A stretch of DNA of 64,000 bases from Heterodontus francisci. Taxonomy: Eukaryota. The notes below the pieces were generated by a model. The model saw only the letters and a program-made list of their open reading frames with translations. It searched no databases and was not told where the DNA came from. The stretch lies in assembly GCF_036365525.1 (NCBI RefSeq), contig NC_090371.1, positions 195,197,255 to 195,261,254 on the forward strand, given 5' to 3'. A program made the position numbers and the translations under genes. The first letter of the stretch is position 1. Each line of letters opens with the position of its first letter. Shown piece by piece: positions 1 to 12,179 of the stretch.

Positions 1-1773
1 ACTGTTGATGACACCTTCCATCACTTTACTGATGATTGAGAGTAGGCTGATAGGGTGGTAATTGGCCGGGTTGGACTTGTCCTGCTTTTTGAGTACAGGA
101 CATACCTGGGCAATTTTCCAAATTGTCGGGTAGATGCCAGTGTTGTAGCTGTACTGGAACAGCTTGGCTAGGGGCGCAACTAGTTCTGGAGCACAGGTCT
201 TCAGTACTATTGCTGGAATATTGTCAGGGCCAATAGCCTTTGCAGTATCCAGTGCCTTCAGTCGTTTTTTGATATCACACGGAGTGAATCGAATTGGCTG
301 AAGTCTGGCATCTGTGATGCTGGGGACTTCAGGAGGAGGCCGAGATGGATCATCAATTCGGCACTTCTGGCTGAAGATTGTTGCAAATGCTTCAGCCTTA
401 TCTTTCGCACTGATGTGCTGGGCTCCCCCATCATTGAGGATGGGGATATTTGTGGAGCCACCTCCTCCAGTTAGTTGTTTAATTGTCCACCACCATTCAC
501 GGCTGGATGTGGCAATACTGCAGAGTTTAGATCTGATCCATTGGTTATGGGATCGCTTAGCTCTGTCTATTGCATGCTGCTTACGCAGTTTGGCACGCAG
601 ATAGCCCTGTGTTGCAGCTTCACCAGGTTGGCACCTCATTTTGAGGTATGCCTGGTGCTGCTCCTGGCATGCCCTCATGCACTCTTCATTGAACCAGGGG
701 TGGTCTCCTGGCTTGATGGTAATGGTAGAGTGGGGGATATGCCGAGCCATGAGGTTACAGACTGTGGTTGAGTAGAATTCTGCTGCTGCTGATGGCCCAT
801 AGCGTCTCATGGATGCCCAGTTTTGCATTGCTAGATCTGTTCGGAATCTATCCCATTTAGCACGGTGGTAGTGCCACACAACACGATGGAGGGCATCCTC
901 AATGTGAAGGCGGGACTTCGTCTCCACAATGACTATGCAGTGGTCACTCCTGCCAGTACTGTCATGGACAGATTGGTGAGGACGAGGTAAAGTATGTTTC
1001 TCCCTCTTGTTGGTTCCCTCACCTCCTGCTGCAGACCCAGTCTAGCAGCTATGTCCTTTAGGACTCGGCCAGCTCGGTCAGTAGTGGTGCTACTGAGCCA
1101 CTCTTGGTGATGGACATTGAAGTCCCCCACCCAGAGTACATTCTGTGCCCTTGCTACCCTCAGTGCTTCCTCCAAGTGCTGTTCAACATGGAGGAGCACT
1201 GACTCATCAGCTGAGGGAGGGTGACAGGTGATAATCATTAGGAGGTTTCCTTGTCCATGTTTGACCTGATGCCATGAGACTTCATAGGGGCTGGAGTCGA
1301 TGTTGATGTCTCCCAGGGCAACTCCCTCCCGACTGTATACCACTGTGCCACCATCTCTGGTGGGTCTGTCCTGCCGGTGAGAGAGGACATACCCGGGGAT
1401 GGTGATGGCAGTGTCTGGGACATTGTCTGTCCAGTATGATTCCATGAGTATGATTATGTCAGGCTGTTGCTTGACTAGTCTGTGGGACAGCTCTCTCAAC
1501 TTTGGCAAAAGCCCCAAGATCTTAGTAAGGAGGACTTTGCAGGGTCAACAGGACTGGGTTTGCTGTTGTCGTTTCTGGTGCCTAGGTCAATGCCGGGTGG
1601 TCCGTCTGGTTTCATTCCTTTTTATTGACTTCGTAGCAATTAGATACAACTGAGTGGCTTGTTCGACCATTTGAGAGGGCATGTAAGAGTCAACCACATT
1701 GCTGTGGGTCTGGAGTCACATATAGGCCAGACCAGGTAAGGACAGCAGATTTCCTTCCCTAAAGGACATTAGT
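1..1773 (-). mobile_element. CR1/L2-group non-LTR retrotransposon (APE endonuclease plus start of RT), same family as 29041-32217; runs off the window start and lacks the tRNA head
   Basis: ORF 933-1517 has APE motifs (QQPDIIILMESY, RQDRPTRDGGTVVY, WVGDFNVHH). Colinear in reverse complement with 29230-30910, including the non-coding leader ACTAATGTCCTTTAGGGAAGGAAATCTGC. Stops and frameshifts present. Confidence 0.92.
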
Positions 1774-2917
1774 TCTGGTGCTGCCTCCTCTTCTATTGAC
1801 TCTGCTTTCTCTGGAGGCGGCTGAGGGGTTTGGCCAATTTCTGAACTGCCCTTCACATTTTGTTTGCATGCAGTGCCCTCTTTCCCATTATCTTGTGCAT
1901 CAGAGGTCTTGGTGCAGGGTGGGGTGCGAATCTGCTTGTCGGGTTTTCTACTCGATGCAATCCTGTTTCTGAGAGGGATAATATCGGCACTGGCTATCCA
2001 CCCGGTAGCAGCTCCTGCTTTAATGACCTGCACATAGGCGGCAGTGCGTTTTGGGCAGGCCTTGTAAAGATGGCCACCCTCCCCACACAAGTTGCAGCAC
2101 TTGCTCTCTTTGCAGTCCTTTGTCAAATGCCCTTCCTGCTTACAGTTCCGGCAAAAGATTGCACTGTAGTTGATGGCCAAGTGACCAGTTTTGTCGCAGG
2201 TGCGACACACTTTGGGCCGCCCCGCGTACACTAGATAACCTCGATTTCCTCCAATGCAAAGGTGGAAGGAAGGTGGAGGATGGCTCCAATGGCATCCATC
2301 TTAAGGTTACCCTGACCTGCCTTTTGCTTGTCCAGATCCCAAAAGTGTCCTTGACCTCCATGCTGTTTCCAGCCACCTCAACATACCTGCCCAGGAAGGT
2401 GAGCACATCCACCACAGGGATATGGGGTTTGTGCATGTGAATGGTCTCCACCCGGTTCCGTTGCACTGGCGAGTAAAGGATCAAAAGCGGCGCCTGGCTT
2501 CCTTTCTCCTTAAAAGAGTTCAGGAGTTTGACACATCCCATGACATTGTTAAATGTCACATCGAAGTATCCAGCACTGGGGAAATCCTGCAGGCAAAAGA
2601 TGTTCAAACCCACAGCACTCCAATTGGACCTGTTTTACAAAGAAGGTGCGGTCCACGGGTGCTCCTTTGACCGAGGTTGTCACTGTCACCCTGACAGTAT
2701 TGCACACCCCTTGGCCCGGAGCTCGGGCACTTGCAGCAGCCATAGCTCAAATGTTAAGTTGTTGCTGTATTGACGTTAGGTAAATCCCAGCAGAGCTCAA
2801 ACATCACCGTCACCGCCTCAGCCCCCAAACTGCCGTTGTTGACGAAGATCTTCACACTCGGAACTTACTGTCAGCCCTGGGAGTAGTATCAAGACTTTTC
2901 CCCTGCCAGGTAAGTAT
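1774..2917 (-). mobile_element. 5' part of a Tx1/L1-clade LINE: 5' UTR plus degenerate ORF1 (ZCCHC3-like, three CCHC zinc knuckles)
   Basis: Overlapping frameshifted ORFs 2549-2743, 2140-2613 and 1716-2231 give MAAASARAPGQGV...FDVTF...GIWTSKRQVRV...YAGRPKVCRTCDKTGH...CRNCKQEGHLTKDC...CNLCGEGGHLYKAC, the Tx1-type ORF1 layout. Confidence 0.85.
2874..2917 (-). ncRNA. U1 snRNA-derived 5' fragment (not a full U1 gene)
   Basis: Minus strand reads ATACTTACCTGGCAGGGGA (U1 nt 1-19), then AAAGTCTTGATACTAC and TCCCAGGGC, the latter also present in U1. No Sm site or 3' part of U1. Confidence 0.8.
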
Positions 2918-3929
2918 AGTGTAGCTAACTTAGCTTACTGATGATCTCGGTGTGCTGATGTACTTATTTGCTCATTCTAGTTCCCTTTGCCATGGGAAGT
3001 GAAATTCAGGTTAAAATGGATAAATATTTGGAGGCCACACTTCCAATGTAAAGGTCTCCTTTCAGAGTCACTGCATCAAAGTGTTTCACAAACAATGCAT
3101 TCAAATAGACAAGGTTCCAGCATACATCTCTGACATAGGAGAGTGGATTGCAGCTAATTAAAATTTCACTGAGAAATCTTCAACACGTTTGATGTGTACA
3201 TTTGCAATTAGTTTCAGCCTACATTACACATAAAAAGTCACTCAATTTGAACAATTAGCAAATTAAATCCCTACCACTAACAAACAAAGGTGCTTGCAAG
3301 TCTATCAAAAAAGCCCTTGCTGACATTTTCTTCATGTAACCTTACTGCTCTATTAACTCCACAGGCTTGAAGCGCCCGACTGCTGGATGCCAAAGCGCCA
3401 GCCTGTTTCAGGTGGTAGATCCTTTTCAAAATGCAAATAGGACCCTAGGACCCTAATTGCCATTTTAGTTGGAAATTGTCAGAGCTTGTGCCATCAATGC
3501 TCAAATCATTTCCAAGAGTGAAAGAACCAAAGAGACCCAGCGAAGGTAATATAATCTGGGTTGTTTATTGATAGGTCAATGGTCCATGCTACTGTGATAA
3601 ATAAGTTCCACATGAAAAACTGCTACTTAGGTTTGAAGCAGTGGTGATTTATGATAAATCCTGTAATGGACAAGAAATTGGCTGAAGAATAGGAAGCAGC
3701 TAGCACTTATGACCAGAACGTGGAGAATGGTAACATATAGCACATAGGAATTAAGACACGGACACTGCATGAATTCCATTAATCATGCTGAAGTGGCGAA
3801 GGATGAAGTTGCTGGAGACTTACAGCTGTAGATTTTCCTCTGCTGTACTACCTGAATTGAATTTGGTTATATTGTGGCAGAAAATCAAGAGAAATAGGCG
3901 GGGAGAAGTCTGCAGCCACATTTCTTCAT

Positions 3930-4490
3930 TCCTGTGTTACCTCTAGACTTGACTATTCCTGGCTGGCCTCCTACATTCTACCCTCTGTAAACTTGAGGTC
4001 ATCCAAAACTCTGCTACTCATGCTCTTACTAGCACCAAGTCCCATTCCCCTACCACCCATGCGCTCGCTGACCTACATTCGCTCCCTGTCAAGCAACTCT
4101 TCAATTTAAAAATTTTCATCCTTGTTTTCTAATCCCTCCATGGCCTTGCCCCTCCCTATCTCTGTAATTCCCTCCAGTCCAACAACCCTCCAATGTATCT
4201 GCACTCATTTAATTCTGGCCTCTTGAGCATCCCCGATTTTAATTGCTCCACATTGGTGGCTGGGCTTTCAGCTGCCTCGATCAGAAGCTGTGGAATTCCT
4301 TCTTTCAACCTCTCCATCTCTCTACCTCTTTCTTCTTAAAACCAAGCTTTGATCAAGCTTTTGGCCATCTGCTCTAATATTTCCATATGTGGCTTGGGGT
4401 CTAATTTTGCTTTATAACTCTCCTGTGAAGCATCTTGGGACCTTTTATTAGGTTAAATATGCTATATAAATATAAGTTGTTGTTGTTGTT
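3930..4490 (+). mobile_element. L2-clade LINE 3' fragment
   Basis: TCTAGACTTGACTATTCC...CCAAAACTCTGCT...CTGTGGAATTCCT...ATATAAGTTGTTGTTG tail; same family as 61700-62245. Confidence 0.75.
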
Positions 4491-4759
4491 CCCATGCTTA
4501 GCAATGCCACCATGTATTTTTCTTCCTTTCCCTGCAGGGAAGGTGACCTTCCGACCTTTGACCAACTGGTGCATGTAGGTAACGTCAGGGAGATGAGACC
4601 TGGAAAGCTGATGAATTTCCCTGCCTGCTGTTGCTACTGACCTGAGAGACTTCCATAATAGGAACAGTGGTAGGCCTGGGGCAGCAGTACAATGCCTGAT
4701 ATTGGTTGAAAGAATAGGGAGCAGGACACCACAACTCAGGAAGAATTTATTGCCCTTAG

Positions 4760-5240
4760 ACAGGATGCAGCACAGATTCACCAGAATGCTACCTGGGCTA
4801 GAAGGGTTAAATTATCAAGGCAAGTTAAATAGGCTCGACTTGTATTCCCATGAACATAAAACATTTAAGGGGTGATCTAATAGAGGTGTTTGAGAGGATT
4901 AAAGGACTTGATAGGGTAGCTGGAGAGAAACTATTACCTCTGGTGGGGAGTCCAATCTCAAAATTAATGCTAGACTATTCATGGGTAATGTCAGGATGAA
5001 CTTATTTACACAAAGAGTAGTAGAAATCTGGAACTGTCTCCCTTAAAAAGCTGTTGAGGCTAGGTCAACTGAACATTTCAAAACTGAGATGATAAATTTT
5101 TGTTAGGCAAGGAGATTAGGGGTTATGGGGCCAAGTTGGGTAAATGGAGTTCAAATAGAATCAGCCATGAGTTAATTGTATGGCTGAACAGGCTCAAGAT
5201 ACTGAATGGCATATTCCTGACCCTATGTTCTTTTGTTCCG
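4760..5240 (+). mobile_element. CR1 LINE 3' fragment
   Basis: CAGATTCACCAGAATG...AAGGGGTGATCTAATAGAGG...CTGGAAC, matching the CR1 ORF2 C-terminus and 3' UTR. Confidence 0.75.
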
Positions 5241-5509
5241 AGTAATCACCACCACCCCACTATGCTTCTTAAAGGTTTTGGTCCGGTCCTTAAAAATTCT
5301 CTGAACCTTCAGGTCATTTGTTTCCTTTAAATGGTCCTTCTGACCTTCCCGAAGAATGCAGTGCTGCACATTTTCCCTTTGGGATCCTTTTGTGTGGCAG
5401 GGAATCTGCTCCCCATAATTAATCAATCTCCAGCCAGCACAATGAGACAGATCCTGCTCCATTGACAAAACCACCCTGGAGGAAAATCAAAGCCTTCGTA
5501 TTATGAGCA

Positions 5510-6080
5510 GACCTGGTACATACAGATCCACTAACTGCAGAACATCAGTCAACAAGGCAAATAGAATGCTGAACAATCTAGCCAAAATAAAAGATAACAA
5601 GTCAGCGGAAGTCATGATTAAATCGTACAGTGGTCTGGTCAGACAACACCTTGAGTACTGTTCCAGTTTCTGATCACCAACACACAAAGGAAACTTTGAA
5701 GCCCTGGGTGCAGTGCAGTCAACAGCTCCAATGCTGATCCCTAGCATCTGAGGGCTGAGTTATGGAGACCAGAGAAACTTGCACTTCTGTGGTGTTTGAG
5801 AGTGGAATATTTGAGATACATAAGATAATCAAGTGTACAGAAAAATTAAATTTGAAACATAACCTTATATTAAACTGTCACAGTAAGGCAATAGAGCATA
5901 AAAGTGCATTTAATACTAATGTCAGGAAACTCTTCATGCAAAGGATCAAAGGAATGGACTTCCTACCTGCAGCAAAATTCCTGCCATCATTTAGGAAGCA
6001 GCTTGAACAGATGGAGAAATTGCTATTGTCTGAGTGAATGAGTCGGAATGGGCCAATGGCCTCTTTCATCCCCATCTCTC
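5510..6080 (+). mobile_element. Old CR1 LINE 3' fragment
   Basis: Degenerate KANRML...LVRQHLEYCSSFW-type coding remnant and 3' UTR ATGGGCCAATGGCCT. Confidence 0.65.
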
Positions 6081-6766
6081 TTATCCAATTATGCCATTCT
6101 GCTCATTGTTTGTCCTTTCACCCCGTTGTGAAATTAAGATGCATCACATTGGGCCTGAAATTCGGCAAGGATTCTTCTGATCTCCCACCTTAACTTTGGT
6201 ACAAGGCATGTGGAATCCCCAAAGAAACAGCCACTATTAACCATTTACACTGGGTAGAATTGTATGCGGACTTCGGGAAAGGGAACGGAGGTGGGGGTGG
6301 GGGCATTAAATCAGGACGGGAGGTGTCAGACTGGAAGTCCGACGTCGTGACGTCCCATCCCGATTTTATGGACGGCGGCAAACATGGAGGGCAGAGAGCA
6401 GCCATCAATGTAGCAGGCAGGCAATTAAGGTTGTTAAAAGGTCCATTGACAGTAATTTTATTCTTAGCTTTAAATTTTATTAATGGTGCTCAGGAATCAC
6501 TGGGCTTTAGAGCTTTGCCTGGGTGAGAGAGGCAACTTAGAGGTGGGAGCTCATTGCTGGCTGCAAGGGGAGGCCATTGGGAGAGTTAGTATCAACTGCC
6601 AGGAAGGGTGGAGAAGGGAGAACATTGGGCTTTGTCTGAGGAGTAGGAGCAAAGATGCCAGCATTGCAGGCAAGTGCTGCTTCATCAGAGGTGACAAGTA
6701 GGGGAAAGTGGAGGGGGCGACACCGTTGGCAGTGAAGGTCTTGAACTTAGGGAGAGGCCACTGATC

Positions 6767-7092
6767 ATACAGCACTGAACTAGGCCCTTTAGCCCACTGA
6801 GTCTGTGCCAACCAACAACCACCCATTTATACTAATCCTACATTAATCCCATATTTCCTACCACATCCCCACAATTCCCCTACCACCTACCTACACTAGG
6901 GGCAATTTGCAATGGCCAATTTACCGATCAACCTGCAAGTCTTTGGCTGTGGGAGGAAACCAGAGCACCCAGTGGAAACCCACACAGTCACAGGGAGAAC
7001 TTGCAAACTCCGCACAAGCAGTACCCAGAACTGAACCCAGGTCACTGGAGCTGTGAGGCTGCGGTGCTAACCACTGCACCACTGTGCTGCCC
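6767..7092 (-). mobile_element. tRNA-derived HE1/V-SINE-type SINE nested in the Harbinger element
   Basis: GGGCAGCACAGTGGTGCAGTGGTTAGCAC head, B-box GGGTTCAGTTC, V-domain GAGTTTGCAAGTTCTCCC...GGTTTCCTCCCAC, CR1-like tail. Confidence 0.88.
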
Positions 7093-7129
7093 ATTATGGG
7101 CTTCATTCATCTAGGCTTCAGGGACCCCA

Positions 7130-8202
7130 TTGAAGAGGAGGTGCAGCAGAGTGGAAGGGAGGTCCAGGCAGCGACAGCAGCCTGTGAGCCCTCAGGAGGG
7201 TCAGCAACAACATCCAGATGGTGGAGAAGGGTGTGGAGCGGAAATCCTGCAGCCTCCTGCACACAGAAGAAGTTACTATCTAGAGAGAGTCTACCGGTCA
7301 AGGCTCAACTAACTATAGATGTCCGAGAGGCAGTTCCAATGAAGAATCACTGACCTATGCGCTCTGATGCAGGAAGAGCTGTGCTCCAGGGGACTTGGCA
7401 GAAATCCAATGCCAGTGGCACTGAAGTTCAGTGTGGCACTGAACTTGTATGCCTCTGGATCATTGCAAGGATCCACCAAGGCCATGTGTCGGATCTCACA
7501 ATCAGCAGCCCATTGGTGCATCAAAGAGCTCACCAATGCCCTTTTCAGGAGGGCCGATGACCATGTGCACTTCTGCATGGATCCCAACAGTCAGGCTGAG
7601 AGGTCCATTGGGTTCGGGGCGATTGTTGGATTCCTCCAGATGCAGGTTGTTATTGACTGCACACATGTGGCCATCAAGGCTCCTGAACACCAGCTGGTGG
7701 CCTCCATCAACAGGAAGGGCTTCCACTCCCTCAAACTACAATTTGTCTGCGACCACTGTAAATGGATCCTGTAGGTCTGTGCACGCTTCGCTGGAAGTTG
7801 CCAGGATGCTTACATTTTAAAGCAGTCCCAGGTGGCAGAGCTTTGCCGGCCTCCTGCACACCTTCAGGAATGGATCCTTGGAGCCAAGCGCTACCCACTG
7901 ATGACATGGCTACTGACACCTGTGAGGAACCCACGCACAGATGCAGAGGAGAGGTACAACATCTGCCATGAGATAATGTGAGCGACTATCCAGCAGGTTA
8001 TTGGTCTACTCAAGCTGAGATTCATGTGCCTGGATCAGTCCAGTGGAACCCTTCAGTGCCCCAGCGAGGATCTCAAGTATCATGGTGGTTGGAGGCACTG
8101 AACAATGAGGATAGCGAGGAGCATGCTACCTCCTCGAATGATGAGGTTTCAGAGGAGCAAACTGGACAAGCATCGCCAGATGAAGGACCCCAGAGACAAT
8201 AG
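7130..8202 (+). pseudogene. Harbinger (HARBI1-like) DDE transposase, frameshifted
   Basis: ORF 7367-7774: ALNLYASGSLQG...ISQSAAHWCIKELTNALF...VIDCTHVAIKAP...NRKGFHSLKLQFVCD. Later frames give YPLMTWLLTPVRNP and LLKLRFMCLD. Confidence 0.88.
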
Positions 8203-8250
8203 GAGAGACGCCGTGATATACATTTAAGGCCTGGTTCGGGGCCATCGCTG

Positions 8251-8388
8251 GATTCTGATGAAAGGTCACTGACCTGAAACGTTAACCCTGCTTCTCTCTC
8301 CATAGATGCTGCCAGATCTGCTGTGTATTTTGAGCACATTCTGTTTTTATTTCAGATTTCCAACATCTGCAGTATTTTGCTTTTATTA
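8251..8388 (+). mobile_element. Penelope-pLTR-like short repeat with a minimal hammerhead motif
   Basis: CTGATGA-A-AGGTC-ACT-GACCT-GAAACGTT-AAC followed by the tail CTCTCTCCATAGATGCTGCC...TTTCAGATTTCCAACATCTGCAG, also seen at 25150 and 35830. Confidence 0.65.
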
Positions 8389-10403
8389 CAGAAATTTGGC
8401 AGTCCACTGCTGGTCTTGGCCCACTCTCTGCAATTGTGTGTGAACTTCTCTTGCAGACACAAAGATGAATGTTGTTGGTCTCCCAGCGGCACAAGCCCAA
8501 TACATGTGCTGGTGGTAGTCCAGTGGTTACTAATGCGGGCACACAGATGCCTCCTGCACGTGACCCCTTTCCAGGGACTTTGTGAGGGTCTCTAATGACA
8601 AAAAGCCACCATTCAGTGCCATTTTGCCATGCCTCAGGCAGCTTGCCTGTATGCCCTGAACCTTTGCTGACATTAGGGTGTGCACCCCCTCATCCTCTAA
8701 TGCACCATCTTGCTTTGTTAGATGCAAGGCCCAAGAGGCGAAGGCTTTAAGAGGTACTCACTTTCACTGAGCAGATGAGGTCATTGAGCCACTTGCGGCA
8801 ATGAATCCAGGTCCTTGGTGTGAAAACACAGCTGCTGATCTCCTCCGCTATCTGCCTCCTCCGCTATCTGCAGACAGGCTTGTTTGGTCAGGCGCCCAGC
8901 TCTCCTCCTCCCATCCCTAGGAAGAGGATCTCCTGCCTGTCCCTGGCAGCCTGTAGGAGAACCTGGAGGGAGGCATCACTGAAGTGTGGGGACACTTGGG
9001 GTCTTCCTTCAGCCATTGTTCTGCAGTCTTCCCCTTTGAAGAAATCCTTATACCTGAAAATGAAACATTGAATGCAGGGCTGACAGCACCAACACCTGCC
9101 ACGGCATCAGCTGACACTGGCCTCTCCACCTCTGCCCCTGTCACCGTCTACTGTATTGGATGCCCCCGCCCTCCCGCCTCATGAAGCTTAATTGGCTGGC
9201 TGCCGCTTGAATGCATGTGGCTGGCTGCTCATAGCCCAACGGAAGCCACAACTGCTTCTGGACCCAACATCAGGAGTCGTGACTTCAGCATAAAATCTGG
9301 CCCACTATTTCTAGTGGGTAATTGGAAGTACCACCATGGAATTCTAGGGTTACTATCTTCAACACTAATTTATTAATTCCAAAGATCACAAAACTGTGGA
9401 ACTCCTTATCCGCTTCTGTCTTTCCTTCCGTCAACAATCTGTAAGCTTTTGAAATCAAGTTCAGTGTTTTGTAATCACTACTTCTTGAGTTTCTTTGTCT
9501 CTTCACCACTTCCGTTCAGACTTAGTGATGTCTCACGCTACGAGCTTTGACACTTCAGCTAGGTTTCTTCTTTGTTTTTCAATTTTAGTTCATTTTATTT
9601 AATTCATGAAAATGACAGACATAACCTGGAGCAGAATCTTGCTTCAAGCTCCCAGTGTCAACATCAAATGCTCCCAGGTCATGTGTAGATACAAAGTAAA
9701 GTTTCCTTTACTTTGCCACAATAGTATACATCATCACCCACCTCATAAGGACATACCTACTGTGCAAGCAAAAGATTTACCATCTTCCACATCAATCATC
9801 ACATGATCTCTCTCAGTCAGATCTTCATAATTGTGCTTAATTAGAGGCAGTTCTGTGCTGTCGGAGCAAGCATACAGGGAACTGGGTTGAAAATGTTTGT
9901 ACTCATTTCTCATAAGACACTTGCAGTCAACAGACAAGGATAATTTTTAACCCCATCAGTCTGGGACCTAGTCATCTTGAGTAATAAGACAACTACAGAA
10001 ATAAAAGAACATAACTTAGAAAGAAATCCTCAAGGATGCCACAATGGATTGCCACCATACTTGTGGAACCTCTGAATTAGAATCAAGTCAAGACTGATAT
10101 CCTGAATACCTTCCCTATTTGCTGATGGTAAGGCTGCTACATTAAGCAAGCCATTTCTTAGTGGTATTTCCTGGAGCAAACAAATGCATGCAACTTTGCA
10201 CAAGATTGAAAATCTCACTTCGAGACAGACTGGTGTGAAAAGAAGAAAAGCTATACAATTGAAAAAAAGGTGTTTTTTCTGAGTTTGGGAACAAGAAGCA
10301 GAAATAAATTACATTACATCTAAGCTTGTAAAGCCTAATCTGGACAATATGACTGTCAATTTGGGCTCTAGCACTGCTGGTGTTGGCGCTACAAAAACCC
10401 CGA

Positions 10404-11325
10404 TGTTACGAACAGGTGAGAAAGGGGTCTAGGGGGTCCCTCTCAGCCTTCACCTTGTCTTACAGTAACGGCGGGGTTTTATTTTTAAACACACTGTGTT
10501 TTTAGCTCCCCCTTGGTGAATCCTTGTTCACTGCTTTCTAATTATAAGGAAAAGAAACTAGCACAACCGGGGTTTCATAGGCTTAAAGAAGGTTGACATT
10601 TATTAAACTTAAACTCTAATTCAGTTAATGCCTACGGATACACGATGCGCCCATGCTAGCATACATATGCGATACGCACATGCAGATAGAGACAGAAAAG
10701 AGCAGAAGAAAAGTAAAGTGGAAAAGTTTGAGGCAATCTCTGAAGAGGGTTTTTGTTACGGTTCTTAGAGCTCACTATAGAGTCCTTGATTGTAAATAGA
10801 TTTTGCGCTTTATTGGGGCCCAGTATGCTTCTTAAACCTTGTTCACCGTAGGAGCCCTTTCTCTCTTGGGGGTTTATGTGTTTTCAGTGCATTTGGAGTT
10901 CCATGAGAAAGAGAGGGAGAGACAGACAAGAGAGGTCTTCTTCAGTCCAGGAGCATACTGCAGTCTCTCAGTTCAAACTTTTTGTACAATTCAGAAAACT
11001 AAGTTGCTAAGCAGGCGAGTCATGGGACCAGCTGGTCTGACCACGTCTGCTTGTGGATTCGGCCATCCCAGCAGTCATCCTGAAATTTGAGCTCCCTCAC
11101 CTTCAAAGTCTGGTGCTCAAAGTCCATTGTGGGTTACATTGGATCAGGGAAACAAACCCATTGTCTCCACAAGCACTGTTTGCTAATATGCAAATATCTT
11201 TCCAGCCAAGGGCCTGGTGATTTTTTTTAAACAAGTCATTTTTTCACTTCAGCAACAGTTTTCAAATCAATGTTCAGATGTCAAAATTAATGTGCTTCAT
11301 TCTTGACAGGTGGTTCTGCATGACA
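10404..11325 (-). repeat. 3' LTR
   Basis: TGTTACG...GCATGACA, a direct repeat of 14599-15514. Confidence 0.9.
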
Positions 11326-12179
11326 CCTCCACACCCAGCAGAAGGAAATGCAGTTTGAGAAAAACGCTTTTCAATAAAAGGGTCGAGAGAAAACATAAGA
11401 TACAGAAAAAAATCATACATTTTTCTCATCCATTCCCATTCATTCATAAATCCGAAAACTTACTATCGCCTGTCTTTTCTTAGTGGCTTTAATTACCCTC
11501 TTTTTGGCATTCCAGTAAACATGTGGTTTGGGGGAAGCTTTTTTCAGTTTGCACATTCCCATGACTGCTGAGGGTCTTTGTTCCTGTTGAGGTCGGCAAA
11601 GGGGGAGGGTTAGGTTTAATTAGCCCTAAGTTGGAATTTTTTTCCTCAGGAGAGTTAGTACTGGGTGGGTCTATCCTGAACTCTCTTTCAGTGCTTTGCT
11701 AAGCCATGCAATGGCTTTTGAATTCAGGGGATGGGTGGTTCTCTTTTTTCTGCCTGTGGGGGAGGATTTTTGCTCATCTCCCCTTTGTCCTCTGGGACAC
11801 TCCTGCCTGCATGTATGTGTGCAGACTCTACTGCATTGCCCTGTGGCACATCGACTAGGTGAGGCATCACCCTCACGGTTTCTCTGCCCTGTAAAGTTCA
11901 CTCTTCGTCTCTGCAGGTTCCTGTAAATGCTGTTAGCAACTCTGGTGAGGTGCTTCTAGTGTCTGCATTTACATTGGAGGATGTGGGGTCTAACGTTTCA
12001 AATCTTTCCAGTTTGGCTGACCGGACAGTAGGAGAATTCACCGGGGTTCCTCCCGGACTTCCTGTAACCTGCCCTCTTGGTCGCTTTTGCCCCTTCCCTT
12101 TCTAAACATTTTCCAGCCTTGTGCCTGCCTGTCCCCTTTTGTTCTCAGTGGGGGTGCCTTACAGTTCACCAGCCCTCTG

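Larger units (their letters stand above)
6252..9303 (+). mobile_element. PIF/Harbinger DNA transposon, decayed, with TIRs and 3-bp TSD (ACT)
   Basis: Left end GGGTAGAATTGTATGCGGACTTC; right end in reverse complement GGGCCAGATTTTATGCTGAAGTC. ACT flanks both sides. Transposase remnant inside; probable convergent second ORF at about 8400-9150. Confidence 0.8.

Noticed and set aside
1716-2743. Host ZCCHC3 gene
   Set aside because: Frameshifted, truncated and in transposon context; better explained as Tx1 ORF1.
2874-2917. Functional U1 snRNA gene
   Set aside because: Only the 5' part is present, with no Sm site, 3' stem-loop or evident PSE.
7130-8202. Domesticated HARBI1 gene
   Set aside because: Multiple stops and frameshifts, enclosed by TIRs and a TSD.
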